A stretch of 64,000 nucleotides of DNA from the human T2T-CHM13v2.0 reference genome, Homo sapiens. Below are positions 15,131 through 33,385 of this stretch, one piece after another. A program made the position numbers and the translations under genes. Below the pieces are notes generated by a model. The model was not told the origin of the DNA. It searched no databases and was given only the letters and a program-made list of their open reading frames with translations. The stretch is taken from assembly GCF_009914755.1 (NCBI RefSeq), contig NC_060930.1; one strand, written 5' to 3'. Numbering within the stretch: the stretch's first letter is position 1; the number at the start of each line of letters is the position of its first letter.

Positions 15131-16854
15131 GTAATTACATGGGGAAAAGTGCTATGTCCCTCATGAAATTAAATACTAAGAACTGGAGGGAGGCTGCATC
15201 AACAGATTTTCTGTATCATGTATTGAAGAGTTAATTTTCTCCAACCAAGCTAGTGAATGAAAGGGTAACTCAAGATGAAATAATGATGTCAAAGCATTTT
15301 TAATATACCTCGTGGAAGAATCCAAGTGTATTTTAAAGAGAAAACACAGCACTTGTTACACCATATATTTCATATTTGACCTGAAGTTGGTTACACAGAG
15401 GCCTTAGTCATAATAAAAAACTTCTCTCTGCTCAAATGCAGTATGTACATAGTCATAAATGAAAACATCATTGCCGAACTATTTTTTTTTAAACTATCAT
15501 GGCACAAATTGCTTTTAACAAAGAAGTCATATTCCAAAAGACCTTTTGTACACAATTGTGCAGTGTATCTTTGTCTTACTGTTTAGTATCCTAAAAGAAA
15601 TAGTTTTCAAAATATCTACATTCATTTATAAAAACTTGAATGCAGGTAATTTAGCAACAAATCACAACTAGCTGAGAACTGACATAAAAGAATGATCTCC
15701 AGGGCCAGAAATAAACCCCAAAAGATAAGACATACTAGAAAAACATGAGAGAGAGAAACAAAATCAATAGACTATCATCTCAATATCTAGTATGAAGCTT
15801 GGTAAAGAGTTGATGAATAGAAATAAATGATCCCTACAGACAGACTCAATTAAGTATACAGCATAATTTGTTCATGAAAAAATGAGTATGTGAATCTTCC
15901 TAGATCTTTTCAAAAATTACTTAAAAATATTAAATAAACATTTTTAAAATGGGTATATTAAAGCATCCTAATAAAATGAAGCTGATTGATTGGTTGCTCT
16001 AAGGGAGTAGTGATAAAATAATCTGCTATATAAATCCTGGATCATATAATGGTATAATGCCCCTCAAAGGTAGTAGAGGAAGGTGGGTTTTAGGCCACTT
16101 TTAAATTAATTGCTCTCTACCTGTTTGAATCACACACAATATGTTTGGCTTTAAGAAAATAAAAAGGACCTAGAGCAGAAAAATAGCTTATACATAGTAT
16201 CTATATATTATATTTAGAATATACATTTTATATTTAAGAGACATTTCCTCTTGGACTTTTATCCTACAATAAACAACTACAACCATAAAAACAGTACCAG
16301 CAAAACCCAATCTATAAGGAGATTTGTAGAAAAGTAACAACTTGATATATTCTAGCTGTATAAAGAGGTCTCTTGTCAATTCATTATCATCCACTTACAA
16401 GTATTTTATGTACATCTTAAAAGCCTGAAGAAGTTATTGTAATGTTTCAAACTCAAAACTACTCCCCTGAGCATTGATATAACTTATACTCCCTACAACC
16501 AACCAACCCAAATCTCAGTTTGCCTCCATTAACGCTCCAAAATAAGTCAAGATTGTAAATACAGTGGGTTCTCAATCAATTGACTTTTTCAACATCAGAT
16601 GGGTGGCTGGAGCCTTCACAAACTTCAGAGCCCTAATAGAGATCCCCTTTTCTAGCCCACATAAATAATACAAATCATATCTCTATGATCATTAGAGATG
16701 CAAAAAATCGGTACAGGCCTTTCTCCCCTTCTAACACATTATCTTAGGCTTGTTTTATTTATTTAATTTTTACATTCCTCATGTGATCTGTGGCCACACA
16801 AGACTGATTCTCCAAACTGAACTTCATTCTATCTGCTCCACAATAAGCAATATT

Positions 16855-17260
16855 TATTCATTTTCACTCAACAATTGTTTACTAAAAATGTACTGTGTGT
16901 AAGACATTGTGCTAAGAGCAAGTAAGTACTAGGAAGTCACAGTTCTATCATCAAGTTTTAAATCTAGTAGGTGAAAGACTCATACAGAAGTATCAAGGCA
17001 GCCATGGGCCACCTGAGTGGTGAAACTGAGACCCAAAGGGTGTCAGGAAGACAGGAGGCACTCAACTGTGGTAAATGGGGAGAATGACAGAGGAGATGGC
17101 ATTTGAGTTGGGCCTGAGAGGACAGGTTGTCCAGGATTTGGATTGACAATGATTTAAGGGAAGAGAAGAGGGAAGAAGAAAACAGCCAACTTTAAGCAAA
17201 GGAAACACAATGAGACAAATTTGCAAAAGCAAAAAATGTAATGAGCATTGCATACCACCA
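16855..17260 (-). mobile_element. L2 fragment
   Basis: ttcactcaacaattgtttact...gacattgtgctaag...ggagatggcatttgagttgggcctg. Confidence 0.7.
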
Positions 17261-17739
17261 GAAGAGCAGGTGAATAAGGGTACTAGCTAGAAGCAGCAAG
17301 GTTCATTCATTTGTATTAGAGAAAAGTGCAAGATAAATGGTTCATCTGAACAATGGGTGGTTTCACAGGGTTTGAAAACATCTCTCCCTCTGTAAGTCAT
17401 ACTATCTCCGACTGAAGGGTCCAACGTGAAGCAGGAACGAAGGGGCCAGTCCTGTTTGGTTGTCCAGGTGCAGGACCCAAAACCAGCAACACACAGAGTG
17501 ACATATGTTGTGACTATGCCCTTCTCATATCAACCCCAAAATGTACCGAAACACTGAAAAGACATTTTCCAACGGAGACTTGCCCAAGTTTTCCTTTTAA
17601 AACTATTCAGTTTTGAACCTCCAAATTCTGAATTTCAAACTCAACCACCTGCTTTCTCAGCAACTTCACCAGTGAACTCAATGTTGAAGCTCCTGGGGAA
17701 AAAAAAAATCTCACATAAAACGTACAGTGTGATAAATCC

Positions 17740-18194
17740 AGGCCTCATAGCATTAGCTGTGTCCTCCCACTTCCCACAGGGACTATTCCATGAAACTTAT
17801 AGTGTCTTCTTCCTGGTGCACAGCTGGGCCACGTTTTCCAGCCTCCTTTGCAGCTAGTTGGTGACATGTGATTGAGTTCTACCACGAAATATAAGTGAAA
17901 GTGATTATGCTAATTTCTAGGCCTAATTTCTATGCTAATTTCTAGGCCTACTCCATAAAAACCTTCCATGTGTAACCTGCCATGTTTTTCCCCCTCTCTT
18001 GATGTGATGCAAACAAGCACAGTAACTCTGGGAGTCACATGGTGAAGATGGAGAAACTACAAGATGGAAGGAATCTGAATTCCTGAAGGATTTCCAGGAG
18101 GAAAATGTCACCTACCATTCATCAACACCCATTTAAGACCTCATGTGAATAAGGAAGAAACTTGTGTTAGAACAGTGAAATGTTGAGAAGTTAT
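17740..18194. mobile_element. MaLR LTR (MLT1H/I/J-like), left part; resumes at ~22222-22265
   Basis: tttccagcctcctttgcagctag...acaagatggaaggaatctgaattcctg; the terminal part ttacagcagctagcattaccttaataatata follows the L1. Confidence 0.7.
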
Positions 18195-22221
<4,027 letters not shown>

Positions 22222-22284
22222 TGAGAAGTTATTTTTACAGCAGCTAGCATTACCTTAATAATATACACATTTCGACCAAATTCT

Positions 22285-22700
22285 TTATGTTAGTTTGGGT
22301 CTACCCAGAAGCAAGTACCAAGATAGAACTAGAAATACAAAAGATATATTGAGAAAGGAAGCCACAGAATGTGGGAGGTCCTTCAAACCACACCTATGGA
22401 CATGGAGAGGAAAGGAAGAAGGAATGGCTAGGAAGTCTTGGATTCCAACACAGTTCCAAGAAAGGTCTGCTCAGGCCAATAGGAGTTCTTGAGCCAATTT
22501 GGCCCACTGGAAAAGTCCTGTGTCCCACAGGAATGAGCCTGAAATAGGAGCCCCTATTGTGCTTGGTCATGACTGGGAGACGCTAGTGGCAATTTGTAGT
22601 TTAGTACAATGCAAGGGTGGCTGCAGAGGGGCAGCAGTTGGGCCATCAGTCAACTACGCTTCTAGCTGTAGATCTAAGCACTTATTTTCATGGACACTAC
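22285..22700. mobile_element. Old ERVL-type solo LTR (subfamily uncertain)
   Basis: Start tgttagtttgggtctacccagaagca... resembles ERVL LTR termini. Confidence 0.45.
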
Positions 22701-22899
22701 ACCCCTCAAACTTCCAACTTTCAAGACCTACAATCCCTTATCCATATCCACACCCAGTCTTTCCTCCTTTGTTCCCATCTATTAAAAACTGAGTTGTCCT
22801 TTGTCTAGCCCAAAGCTAATCTTGCCATGTGTTCTAGCTTACGTGCCATCAGATCTGCTTAGAGACATTATTCCATCAGTTATCTCCTTCTTCTTCCTG

Positions 22900-24150
22900 T
22901 CTAATGGATTATATCTATCCTCCAGGATGTAAACTTGCTTGAGATTTTAACCTTGAAAAAGAATATTAAAAAAATGTTCCTTGACAACTCTTGCTCTCCT
23001 TCCCTTAGTATCTAAGCTCCTTGAAAGAGTAGTATAAATGAACCATCTCATTTCTTATTTTTCACCACCCACTAATTGCTCTTGCTAGGATTACTGAACC
23101 TACCAGTTGACACATCCTGGAACCCTTGCTTGACCCCTCTGAAGTATTCAACATTCTTGACTACTCCCTCCTTCTGCAGATTCCTGCTTTGGGTTCGTGG
23201 AGCACCCTATCCTCAGGTTTTCCTCATACCCTCAGATCATTCCTTCTAAAGCTTCTTTTTATTTGCTTCCTCCTTAAAAGTCCACTTCCTAGGGCTTATA
23301 TCATTGGTTCTCTCTGTTCTCTGTTTCCTACATTAATATCGCCCCTTGATCTCACGATCTAATTGAGCACTTATATACTTATATACTGATGAGATCACTC
23401 ATGTAGTCACCCATGTAGTCTCAATACTCATAACCAATCAGTTACCAAGTTCTGAGGATTCTATTTCTTAACTGGCTCTCAGCACCATCATCTCCTTATC
23501 TCCCCACTGCCACTGCCCCATGAACTTCTGTAGGAGCAGAGTGACCCTCTCGCCTTGGATTCCATTCCTACTTATCTGTACCTCCACAGTGCTGCAAGAG
23601 AATATTTCTAAAGCACAAATTTCATCATGAAACCTCTGCATTGAGATTCCTGAAGTTGTTCCCCACTGACTACAGGATGAAGGCCAGCCTCCTTGGCATG
23701 GTACGTAAGGTCCTTCATAATCAGTTTTAGTCTGATCTTCCTCCACTACCTTCTCCATGTTCCCAAACTCTCATTATATGAAGTTATTTGAAATTCATAC
23801 AATGTGGCATATGTTTCATGCTTCTATGGCCTTGTATGGGCTCTTTGCCCAAAATGCTCTATGACCCTGCCCTAACTGGGGGAATCTACTGTGCATTCTT
23901 TCAATGTTTGGTTTGGGATTCATTTGTACAGCGATGACTTTTACAGACCAATTCACCTATCTGTGGAGCCCCTTCCCATCCCCACGCCCCATTCCCAGGC
24001 CATTCAAGTGGCTGTTGTGTTGTTAGTACCCATTCATGGGTACCATGCGTGCACATGATTCCAGGACAGCAATCCTGCCCTGTTCCTTTTTGACTAGCAC
24101 TGACACAGAGTAGGCACTAAATGGATGTTTACTGACTGAAAGAATGAATG
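22900..24150 (+). mobile_element. L2 fragments
   Basis: Pyrimidine-rich L2 body ending in cacagagtaggcactaaatggatgtttactgactgaaagaatgaatga. Confidence 0.65.
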
Positions 24151-25809
24151 ATGTACAGACCCAATCTCCGAAGTTTGGCCTCACAAAATTTGCCTCTGAA
24201 AAACAAAATTATCACAGAGTAGCCAAAAACCATGATGACACCAATCAACATTACATGCACACACTGGTGTCCAAGTGCAGGTAGTGACATCTCCAATTTA
24301 CACGTGAAAAGTGGATACTTGGCATTAAAGGAGAAAGATTCAAATGGTCTACGTAAGACAGCCACAAAGATAGCTCAAGAGCTATTATCCCAAGGGACAC
24401 GCATTAACTGTTAGTAAGTATATAAACTAGAGTTCACATTTCACACAGAACTTTCTAACACAAATTGGAAACAGGAGACGATTAAGCTGATCTAAGGAAA
24501 AGCATGGCTTTGATACACAAGAAACTACACATGCATTTTACATTAAATGCTTTTTAAAATTCACTCACAGAAAAGAGTACAACAATTATTTTAAAAGTCA
24601 CAGTTTGTAAATTTGATATGTAAAATTGGAATTTAAAATAAAAAATCTCCATGGCCACTGAAGGCTGAAAGAGTAAAAAGAAAAAGGAAATAAAAGACAA
24701 AATGTGTAGTTTCAAACTCTCTGTGATGCATCTCACCCCTGATCAGTGGGAAGCCAGTTATCACATTGAAGACACTAGGTAAGCACAAGAGTTTACTGAA
24801 AATGGACCTTTTCATGAAAAATCATGGGTCAAACATCTCTATGACATACACTGCTGTTAAAGGAAACACATAGTTTCTCATTCTTGACATGATGATGCCT
24901 GATGTGCTTAGTTAGACAGACAGCTTAATATGGTTCCCCTCCCAAAGCTTAGTGAAAATAGCTTTTTTAAAAAATTTGAAAAATAAATCCCCAAACATAA
25001 TTCTTCTGGCAAAATATTAAATCCTAACGAAGAAGGAGGCTTTCAGGGAAACAGTCCAAATAAACCTTTTAATTTGTTTAATGTTCTATAAGCTATTGGT
25101 ATCAAGAAAATGTATATCTTTGTTTTAAAATAGACAAATTAGTGATGCATCTACATGCCATCCACTTAACTTTGTTCCTGCTGTTCAGCCTTTATAAGAG
25201 TAGCATTTTTTCTTGCGCTGACTCCTGAAGCCTAAATCTGCAAAAGTCTGTGATGACATCAAGCTTAACATTTTGCCAAGCCTGTAAAATTATTTCTCAA
25301 AATAGTGTGCTAACACATCAGCTTTTACTCAAACCTAAATTAAATGTCAGGAAAGGACTCCCATGTTTACACTAACTGCCCATTAGTAAACATTTCTGAC
25401 TGTAATAACTGAAGGTCCCATGTTCTCAAGGTAATGGCACCAGCAAAATCCCTTGAAAATTTGCTCCTAACCACAAGTCTAAGTAGGATGTGGTCACTCA
25501 GGTTTTAGATTGATGATGCTGAAGAAATGTATTTACAGGCTGAAAAGCTTATAACCCTGGCCAAAACACTGACTTCAGAGCACCAGGAGAAACTCCTTGG
25601 ACTAGATAAAGTAAATATTTGAAGAAAATCTGCATTCATTGAGTGATTTGCTGGTATATACAAAATTTATCCTTTAAGGAACCAAACAGGAGTTCTAATT
25701 ACCTCCCTATATTTCTTCTCCTTATACTTTCCAAGTTCAATTACAGCTTTGTTCAATCTCTGCCTTTTTTACTCTTTTGTCCTCTGTCTGAAGTTTTCAA
25801 TTAAGACTT

Positions 25810-26095
25810 ACTTTATAACAGGATTGTGGTTACGTAGGAAAATGTTCTTATTCTTCAGAAATGATGCTGAGGTCTTCAGGGAAAAATGTCATGAAAGTAA
25901 GTCTGCAACTTACTTTTAAATAGTTCTAAAAAATGAACCCCTCTTGCCAACACACATACAAAACTATAAATTCAGAGACAAAATAACAAATATTAATAAT
26001 TGGCAAATATAAACAAAGGGTATATAAATGTTCTTCATATGATTCTTTCATCTCCTCTCTAGGTTTGAATTTTTCAAAAGGAAAAGAAAAAAATT
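25810..26095 (+). mobile_element. L1ME/MD-like 3' fragment
   Basis: ggattgtggttacgtaggaaaatg...tctgcaacttac...aggtttgaatttttcaaaa. Confidence 0.6.
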
Positions 26096-28044
26096 TTAAA
26101 AGAATTACTTAATGAGCACCAGGTTTTCAAATTGTAAATGCATTTCTTGAGCATCACATATCCAAAACTTGAGAGGCCTAGGGCTAAAGAAATGTCAAGA
26201 CTAACAAAAGACATGTTGTTGTCCTCTACAGACATGATGTTGACTCAATTTGCACATCCTGGAAGTGTGTATCTGGGATGGAGGTGAAGAGGCATTCACA
26301 GCCAGGCATTTTTCTCCAGAAAGCTGTCCCTTTGGGGTTTCCTCGTCTTTCCCTCCCAGTGAGACCCTGGTTCACCTGCTGTCTCTCCAGCTGTCAAGCA
26401 GTGGTTCCTGGGAAGTCTGGGAGACCCGTGAGAGGTTGGAGGTAGATTCAAAGCACCCTCATGGAATGAATTTACCAAATAAACAACTGCATGTTAGACC
26501 TGTACATTTAAAAACATAAGTGCTACAAATATTCTTAAAAGGCTTTCAAAATTTCAGTGAAGACAAGAATGCTTTTTCAAATGTTTATGTAAAAATCTTA
26601 TACAAGCTGTTTGCTATTATAGTCAGGATATATTTGGTGAGAAAAACAAAACATTGTAACTCAAGGCATGCTCCATTTCAGACAAAACATGAACTCTCTC
26701 CTTTAATTATATCAGCCATTACAACAAGAAAACCTTGTAAAAGGTTCACACATGGGGCCCACATTATGGGGATCCACTTCACCCTCAGAGAGGCTTGTTA
26801 CACAGCTGAGAGAGAGCATGGTGGAGGACAGTTGCTTCTCCCTTTTTTATAAAATCCTTCCCATTTGCTCTAAAATAGAATTTCTAAATAACAGCACCCA
26901 AAGAGTGCTCAAAATAGGATACTAAACCACTTTGGAGGGCAAGACAGAAGTCTCTTGTCAGCTTCCACAAGAAAGAGAACTTTAGGCTGTACAAGTATTT
27001 TCTTTGGGATGCAAACACTTTGATATAAAAGTAACTTTCTTTAATATATTTGTGCTAACATGATGGGAAATGCCCAACTCACACATCAGGATCTTAGTGA
27101 TAGTGCATCTATCCTGAACATGGCTGTCTTAATTAGCCCGATGTGTCTATGGTAATAAACACCACGCTGCAGAACAACTCAATATACCCAGGTGAAATCT
27201 TTACCACTTAAAACACTTTAGACGGCTTGTAATCAATTGGATGGCATTTTCCCAATGAGAAATCCTAACTGCAAGGTAAGGTACCTTTCTATCTATAGTG
27301 AGTGTTGACTTACGTTGCAGGCATGGTGCTAAGAGACTTCCTCTGCATTATCAACTCATTTTAAACTTAATACTACCTTGTGAAGTATGTAATGTCCTGG
27401 GCACCAGATAGAAGAGGACAGAGAAGCACTGAGAACAGAAGAAATGAACATTTATCAAGTACTACCACATGGTACTGTAACAGTGCTCTCTATACATTAT
27501 CCCATGTAACTATCTCTACAACCCTATGATGTAAGTATTAGTAATGCCATTTTACCAGGGAGAAAACTGAGAGATACATAACTGGACTAAGGCTGCAGAG
27601 ATGGGAAATGAGCCTATACTGTCATATGCCCAGGTACTATGTGGGCACAATTCCTCCTGATCACCACATTCTACAAGCTCCAACCCAGATGCTAAAGGTA
27701 GAGGCAACAACCATGGAGGAATAGCCATGAATGTTCCTTGCGGCCACTGCACCCATGGAGGCTAGAGCAGACCTAGTGCCCTGAGGGTGGGATGTAAATT
27801 CCTTTTTAAATCCAGAGGGTGTGATATGGAGGGTCTATCTCTGGTTTAACGAAGATATTGAAGCCAATGAAAACAGATCCCAAATCTGGCCCCACGACTG
27901 ACCCAGCCTCCTAAAGAGCCTGTAGATGACCAACTACAGAGAGAGGAAGGCTCTAGAAGACAGAAGATGCTCCCTGGGAGGTTCTTTTCAGCTGTCTTTC
28001 TTCTTCCCTCATGCCTCTCTATGACTTAACTTGGCATCTAGGTG

Positions 28045-28512
28045 CACATGGGCAATTGTTCACAGCAGCCAAAAGGTGGAAACAACCCTAATATCAACTG
28101 GCAAATGGATAAACAAATTATTGTATATTGTAGCATACAATAAAATTTTATCCAGCCACAATAAGGAATGAAGTACTGATACACACAACAATACAAATGA
28201 ACCTCAAAAATGTTATGCTAAATGAAAAAAGCCAGACATAAAAAATCACATACTGCATGACTCAATTTATATGAAATATCCAGAAAAGGTGAAACCATAG
28301 ACGCAGGAAGCAGAGAAGTGGTTTCCAGGGGTTGAGGGATAAGGGGAATGAGGAGTGACTGCTTAATGGGGACGGAGTTTCCTTTGGGGTGAGGAAAATG
28401 TTTCAGAACTGGATAGAGGTCCCAGTCGCACGGCACTGTAAATGTACTATATGCCACTGAATTGTACACTTGAGGAAGGTTAATTCTATATGAACTTACC
28501 TCAATTTTTTAA
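28045..28512 (+). mobile_element. L1MB-like 3' fragment
   Basis: ttcacagcagccaaaaggtggaaacaaccc...gccactgaattgtacactt. Confidence 0.85.
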
Positions 28513-28759
28513 AAGTACACATGGCAACGCATAGTCTTTGAGCAATCTTGAATAACGATATACACTATGCCAAGCTATAAAGATGCCCCACCCTGTGCCC
28601 TTTTTACATTACACACAAATAGGGACGGATTTCCTATAAGCTGATCTTGAAGAAAAAAAACATGTTAGACAAAGAAAATCAGAACTAAGACATCTCCCCC
28701 CCACCAAAAAACCCTCAACACTGTATCTTTGTTCTTTTCCCATGTCCTCTACCCTACTA

Positions 28760-29520
28760 AAACGAACAAATAATATAAACCCCAACCACTGAGTGTACCA
28801 CAGACAGAAAACTTGGTACACAAAAGACCTAATAAAATAAAATCTGTCAAGTTTTGTTGCCCCCAAATTGAATAGAAAGATCCAGCAGGCCCTTAAACAT
28901 ATGAAAAGAAGCACACTCTTGCTGGCAATCAGGGGAACTCAAATTAAAACAGCTAGTGATCACTTTACACCGCAGAGAGAGAACACTTAAAAAGACTCCT
29001 AACACCTGGCAGGGGTGAGGCAAACAGGTACTCTCATATTTTGCAGGTGTGACTCTACAGCAATGCAACTTTTTTGGAGTATCATCTGACATCATGCATG
29101 AGTCACTGACTCCGTTTTTAGGAATCTATCCTTCAAATATCAAAGTAGATACACATGAATATATGTACAAGAATTTAACTGCAGTGTTGTTAGGAATGGT
29201 AAAAACCTAGAATGCTCTTGAAGGTATATCAGCTGGGGAATAATTGAATAAACTATGGTACAACGATACCATAGGATATTATGCAACTGTTAAAAAGAGC
29301 CACTAGATTCATATTTGATAAGGATAAATGTTGTAACAAAATATTAAAGAAAGTTGCAGAGTATTGTTTATGATGCCATTTTCATAGCAGAAAAAATGTC
29401 CCTTCTCCATGTAAAGGTATATGTTTGTATGTATGTATATGATGTATAGAGAAAGGAAAAGAACCAGAGGAGTGGGAGAAAGACAATCAACTTTTTCTAT
29501 ATTCACCTAAATATTATTTT
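28760..29520 (+). mobile_element. L1ME-like fragment
   Basis: Highly diverged L1 ORF2 end and 3' UTR motifs. Confidence 0.55.
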
Positions 29521-29566
29521 ATGCATTGTCCTACAATTTTTTTTAAAATAGAAAAAGTTTAAGTAA

Positions 29567-29891
<325 letters not shown>

Positions 29892-31430
29892 ACTGCACTT
29901 GCCTTTTATACATGCAAGAAATGTGAAGGGGACAGTCCCCAAAAACCCACTTTGAGGATATGTTCTGAAATTAGTATCTACTGAACTTCAGTCTCCTAAG
30001 TTGTATATATTCTGTCCAACAGTGCAACTCGAACTGGACTCTGCAGACCAGCCCTAGTCCCAGAATAAGCACAGAAACTGAGAGTAGACCTTTAGAATTT
30101 TTTTACAGCAGCTTGCCAGAGTAATTTTATGTCTGTTGACTATAAGAATAATAAATGTTTAATCAGGCTTATGTTTTTAGTTTCTTTAAATTTCATTTTT
30201 CTAGTATTTCATTTTTCTAGTAAATCATTTTTATTGTATTTTATAAAATTACCAATCCATGACATACTGGAAATTAAAAACAAAACTGGTCCTTCACCCA
30301 AGATAATTAGAGAAGCAAAACTCTAAACAATGAGAGTCAATGTTCATAATGATAAAACATAGTAATATAAGATATTTAGGAACTTTAATAATGAAAGATT
30401 AGATTCTATTGAGAATACATGCTAATATATTCAAACTCTTATGAAAAAAGATACTAAATAGATCAGAAGAAAGCTTTCTGGTAATAAGAACAGATTACTA
30501 ACCATTCTAGGTAAATAATTAAGTTCATTCTTGTCAGGAAAAATGAACTCTAGTTTCTATTTTCAAGTGAAGACTAAGAGACCTGGAGAATAAATGAAAC
30601 CCCATACAACTCCAAAACCAGCTACCCAGAGTTCAGCCAGACACTTTAACTTTTGCTGAACAAAATTAACTTCATTTTCATTTTTTTCTCCCCTCTCATC
30701 CTTCTGAATGAAGATGCTAATAGCAACAGAAAACAGTAACAGAGACAAGTGGCAGGGTTAGGTGGGGCTAAGGTCTGACTACTCCGTGCAGATTCTATTT
30801 AATAAAGTTTCACCTACCAATATTCTATGCTGGGGGTGAGGGGTGGGAAGGGAAGGGAGAGAGCTTACATACTCCTAAGTCTTCTGAGTTTTCTAAAAGT
30901 TGATACACCAAGTTACAGTTACCCAGAAAAACTGGTGGGAAGAATAAAGAACCAAAAAACATACTTACAGTCCAAAAGTAAAAAATATCATTTGTACATA
31001 CAAATTTCTTCTCCCCTTCCTAAATTTTTTAAACTAATGCTATAGTGAGGTGCATTTCCAAATCTGGCAGCTTAAATAAAATCAACTGTAACTAGCATTG
31101 TGGTGAATGAAATGCTTTACAACTCACAGCTGTGACACTGAAATAAGGAAATCCTGGATTCCCACCAAGGGGTAACCAGCATCAAAAGACAGGGCACATT
31201 TTGATGTTTTGAGAATTTCTGAGAAGTCAGAGAAAATTTAGGTTATTTTCATATCGGTTGGACTTTCCATAATAAAAGAGCCCTAAAACAAATAGCAGCC
31301 CCAAGTGTGGCAGTGCTATATTGTTTGGATTCCTTATAACAATCAGTGTGTTCATAAGATGCTTAGAAATACACAGAATAAGCTGATGGCCCCGGTGAGT
31401 GGGACACACGCTGGGCAGCTGTGTGAACTT

Positions 31431-33385
31431 TTAAAATTTTAATTTAATTTTTATTTTATTTCAATAGTTTTGGGGGAACATATGGTTTCTGGTTACATGG
31501 ATAAGTTCCCTAGTGGAACTTCACTCTGAGTCTCCAGAGTCCATTATATCATTCTTATGATACACTATATTTGGTTTTCCATTCCTGAGTTACTTCACTT
31601 AGGATAATGGTCTCCAATTCCATCCAGATTGCTGTGAATGCCATTATTTTGTTCCTTTTTATGGCTGAGTAGTATTTCATGATGTATATATACCACATTT
31701 TCTTTATCCACTCATTGGTTGATGGGTATTTAAGCTGGTTCCATATTTTTGAAATTGCGAATTGTGCTGCTACAAACATGCATGTGCAAGTGTCTTTTTC
31801 ATATAATGACTTCTTTTCCTTTGGGTAGATAATAGTGGGATTGCTAGATGGAATGGTAGTTCTACTTTTAGTTCTTTAAGGAATCTCCACACTGTTTTCC
31901 AGAGTGGTTGTACTACCTAAGAAACTCTAAAGACTCATCCAAAAAGCTCCTAGATCAGTAAGGTCTCAGGAGGCAAAATCAATGAACACAAATCAGTAGC
32001 ACTGCTATACACCAACTGTGACCATGCTGAGAATCAAATCAAGAATTAAATCCCTTTTACAACAGCTGCTAAATAAACAAATAAAATACTTAGGAATACA
32101 CCTAACCAAGGAGGTGAAAATCTCTACAGGGAAAACTACAAAACACTGCTGAAAGAAATAATCGATGGCACAAACAAATGGAAACATATTTCATGCTCAT
32201 GGATGAGTAGAATGAATATTATGAAAATGACCATACTGACAAAAGCAATCTACAGATTCAATGCAATTCCCATCAAAATACTATCATCATTCTTCATAGA
32301 ACTAGAAAAAACAATCCTAAAATTCACAAGGAACCAAAAAAAGGTACACATAGCCAATAGAACAAAAGCAAAAAGAAGAAATCTGGAGGCATCACATTGC
32401 CCAATTTCCAACTATACTACAAGGCTATAGTTGCCAAAACAGCATGGTGCTGGTATAAAAACAGGCACATAGACCAATGGAACAGAACAGAGAATCCGGA
32501 AATAAAGCCAAATACTTACAGCCAACTGATCTTTGACAAAGCAAACAAAAACATAAAGTGAGGAAAGAATACCCTATTCAATAAATGGTGCTGGAATAAT
32601 TGGCAAGCCACATGTAGAAGAATGAACTGGATCCTCATCTCTCACTTTATACAAAAATCAACTCAAGATGAATCAAAGACTTAAATCTAAGACCTGAAAC
32701 CATAAAAACTCTAGAACACTGGAAAAACTCTTCTAGACATTGGCTTAGGCAAAAAGTTCATGCCTAAGAACCCAAAAGCAAATGCAACAAAAACAAAAAT
32801 AAATAGTTGGGACCTAATTAAACTAAAAAATCAACAGAGTAAAAAGACAACCCACAGAGTGGGAGAAAATCTTTGCAAACTATGCACCTGACAAAGGACT
32901 AATATCCAGAATCTACAAGGAACTCAAATCAGCAAGATAAAAACAACCCCATTTAAAAAAAAAAAAAAGAAAAAAGAAAAAAGAAAGGAAAAGAAAAAAA
33001 AAGAAAAGAAAAAACATTGTTTATGAAGTTCAGAGCTTGGAGATTCATTCAAGTATTGATTGCAGTTTTATTTTGAAAAGAATGCTACAATTTATGTGGT
33101 TTTTCTCATGTTTATATTAAAAGCTAATAAACTAATTTAAAAAGAACCTATCAAAAACTGGGCAAAGGACATGAACAGACAATTCGCAAAAGAAGACATC
33201 CAAATAGCCAACAAACATAAGAAAAAATGCTCAACATCTCTATTAGGGAAATGCAAATTAAAAGTGCACGAGATACCATCTTACTCCTGTAAGAACGGAC
33301 ATAACTGAAAAACAAAAAATAATAGATGCTGGCGTGGATCTGGTAAAAAGGGAACACTTTCACACTGCTGGTGGGAATGTAAGCT
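31431..33385 (-). mobile_element. L1 (L1PB-like) with 5' inversion: 31431-~31914 antisense 3' end, ~31915-33385 inverted ORF2 segment on +
   Basis: ORF2 remnant [20 protein letters not shown] on +, L1 3' end on -; TSD agctgtgt[g/a]aactt at 31417-31430 and 33386-33399. Confidence 0.9.
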
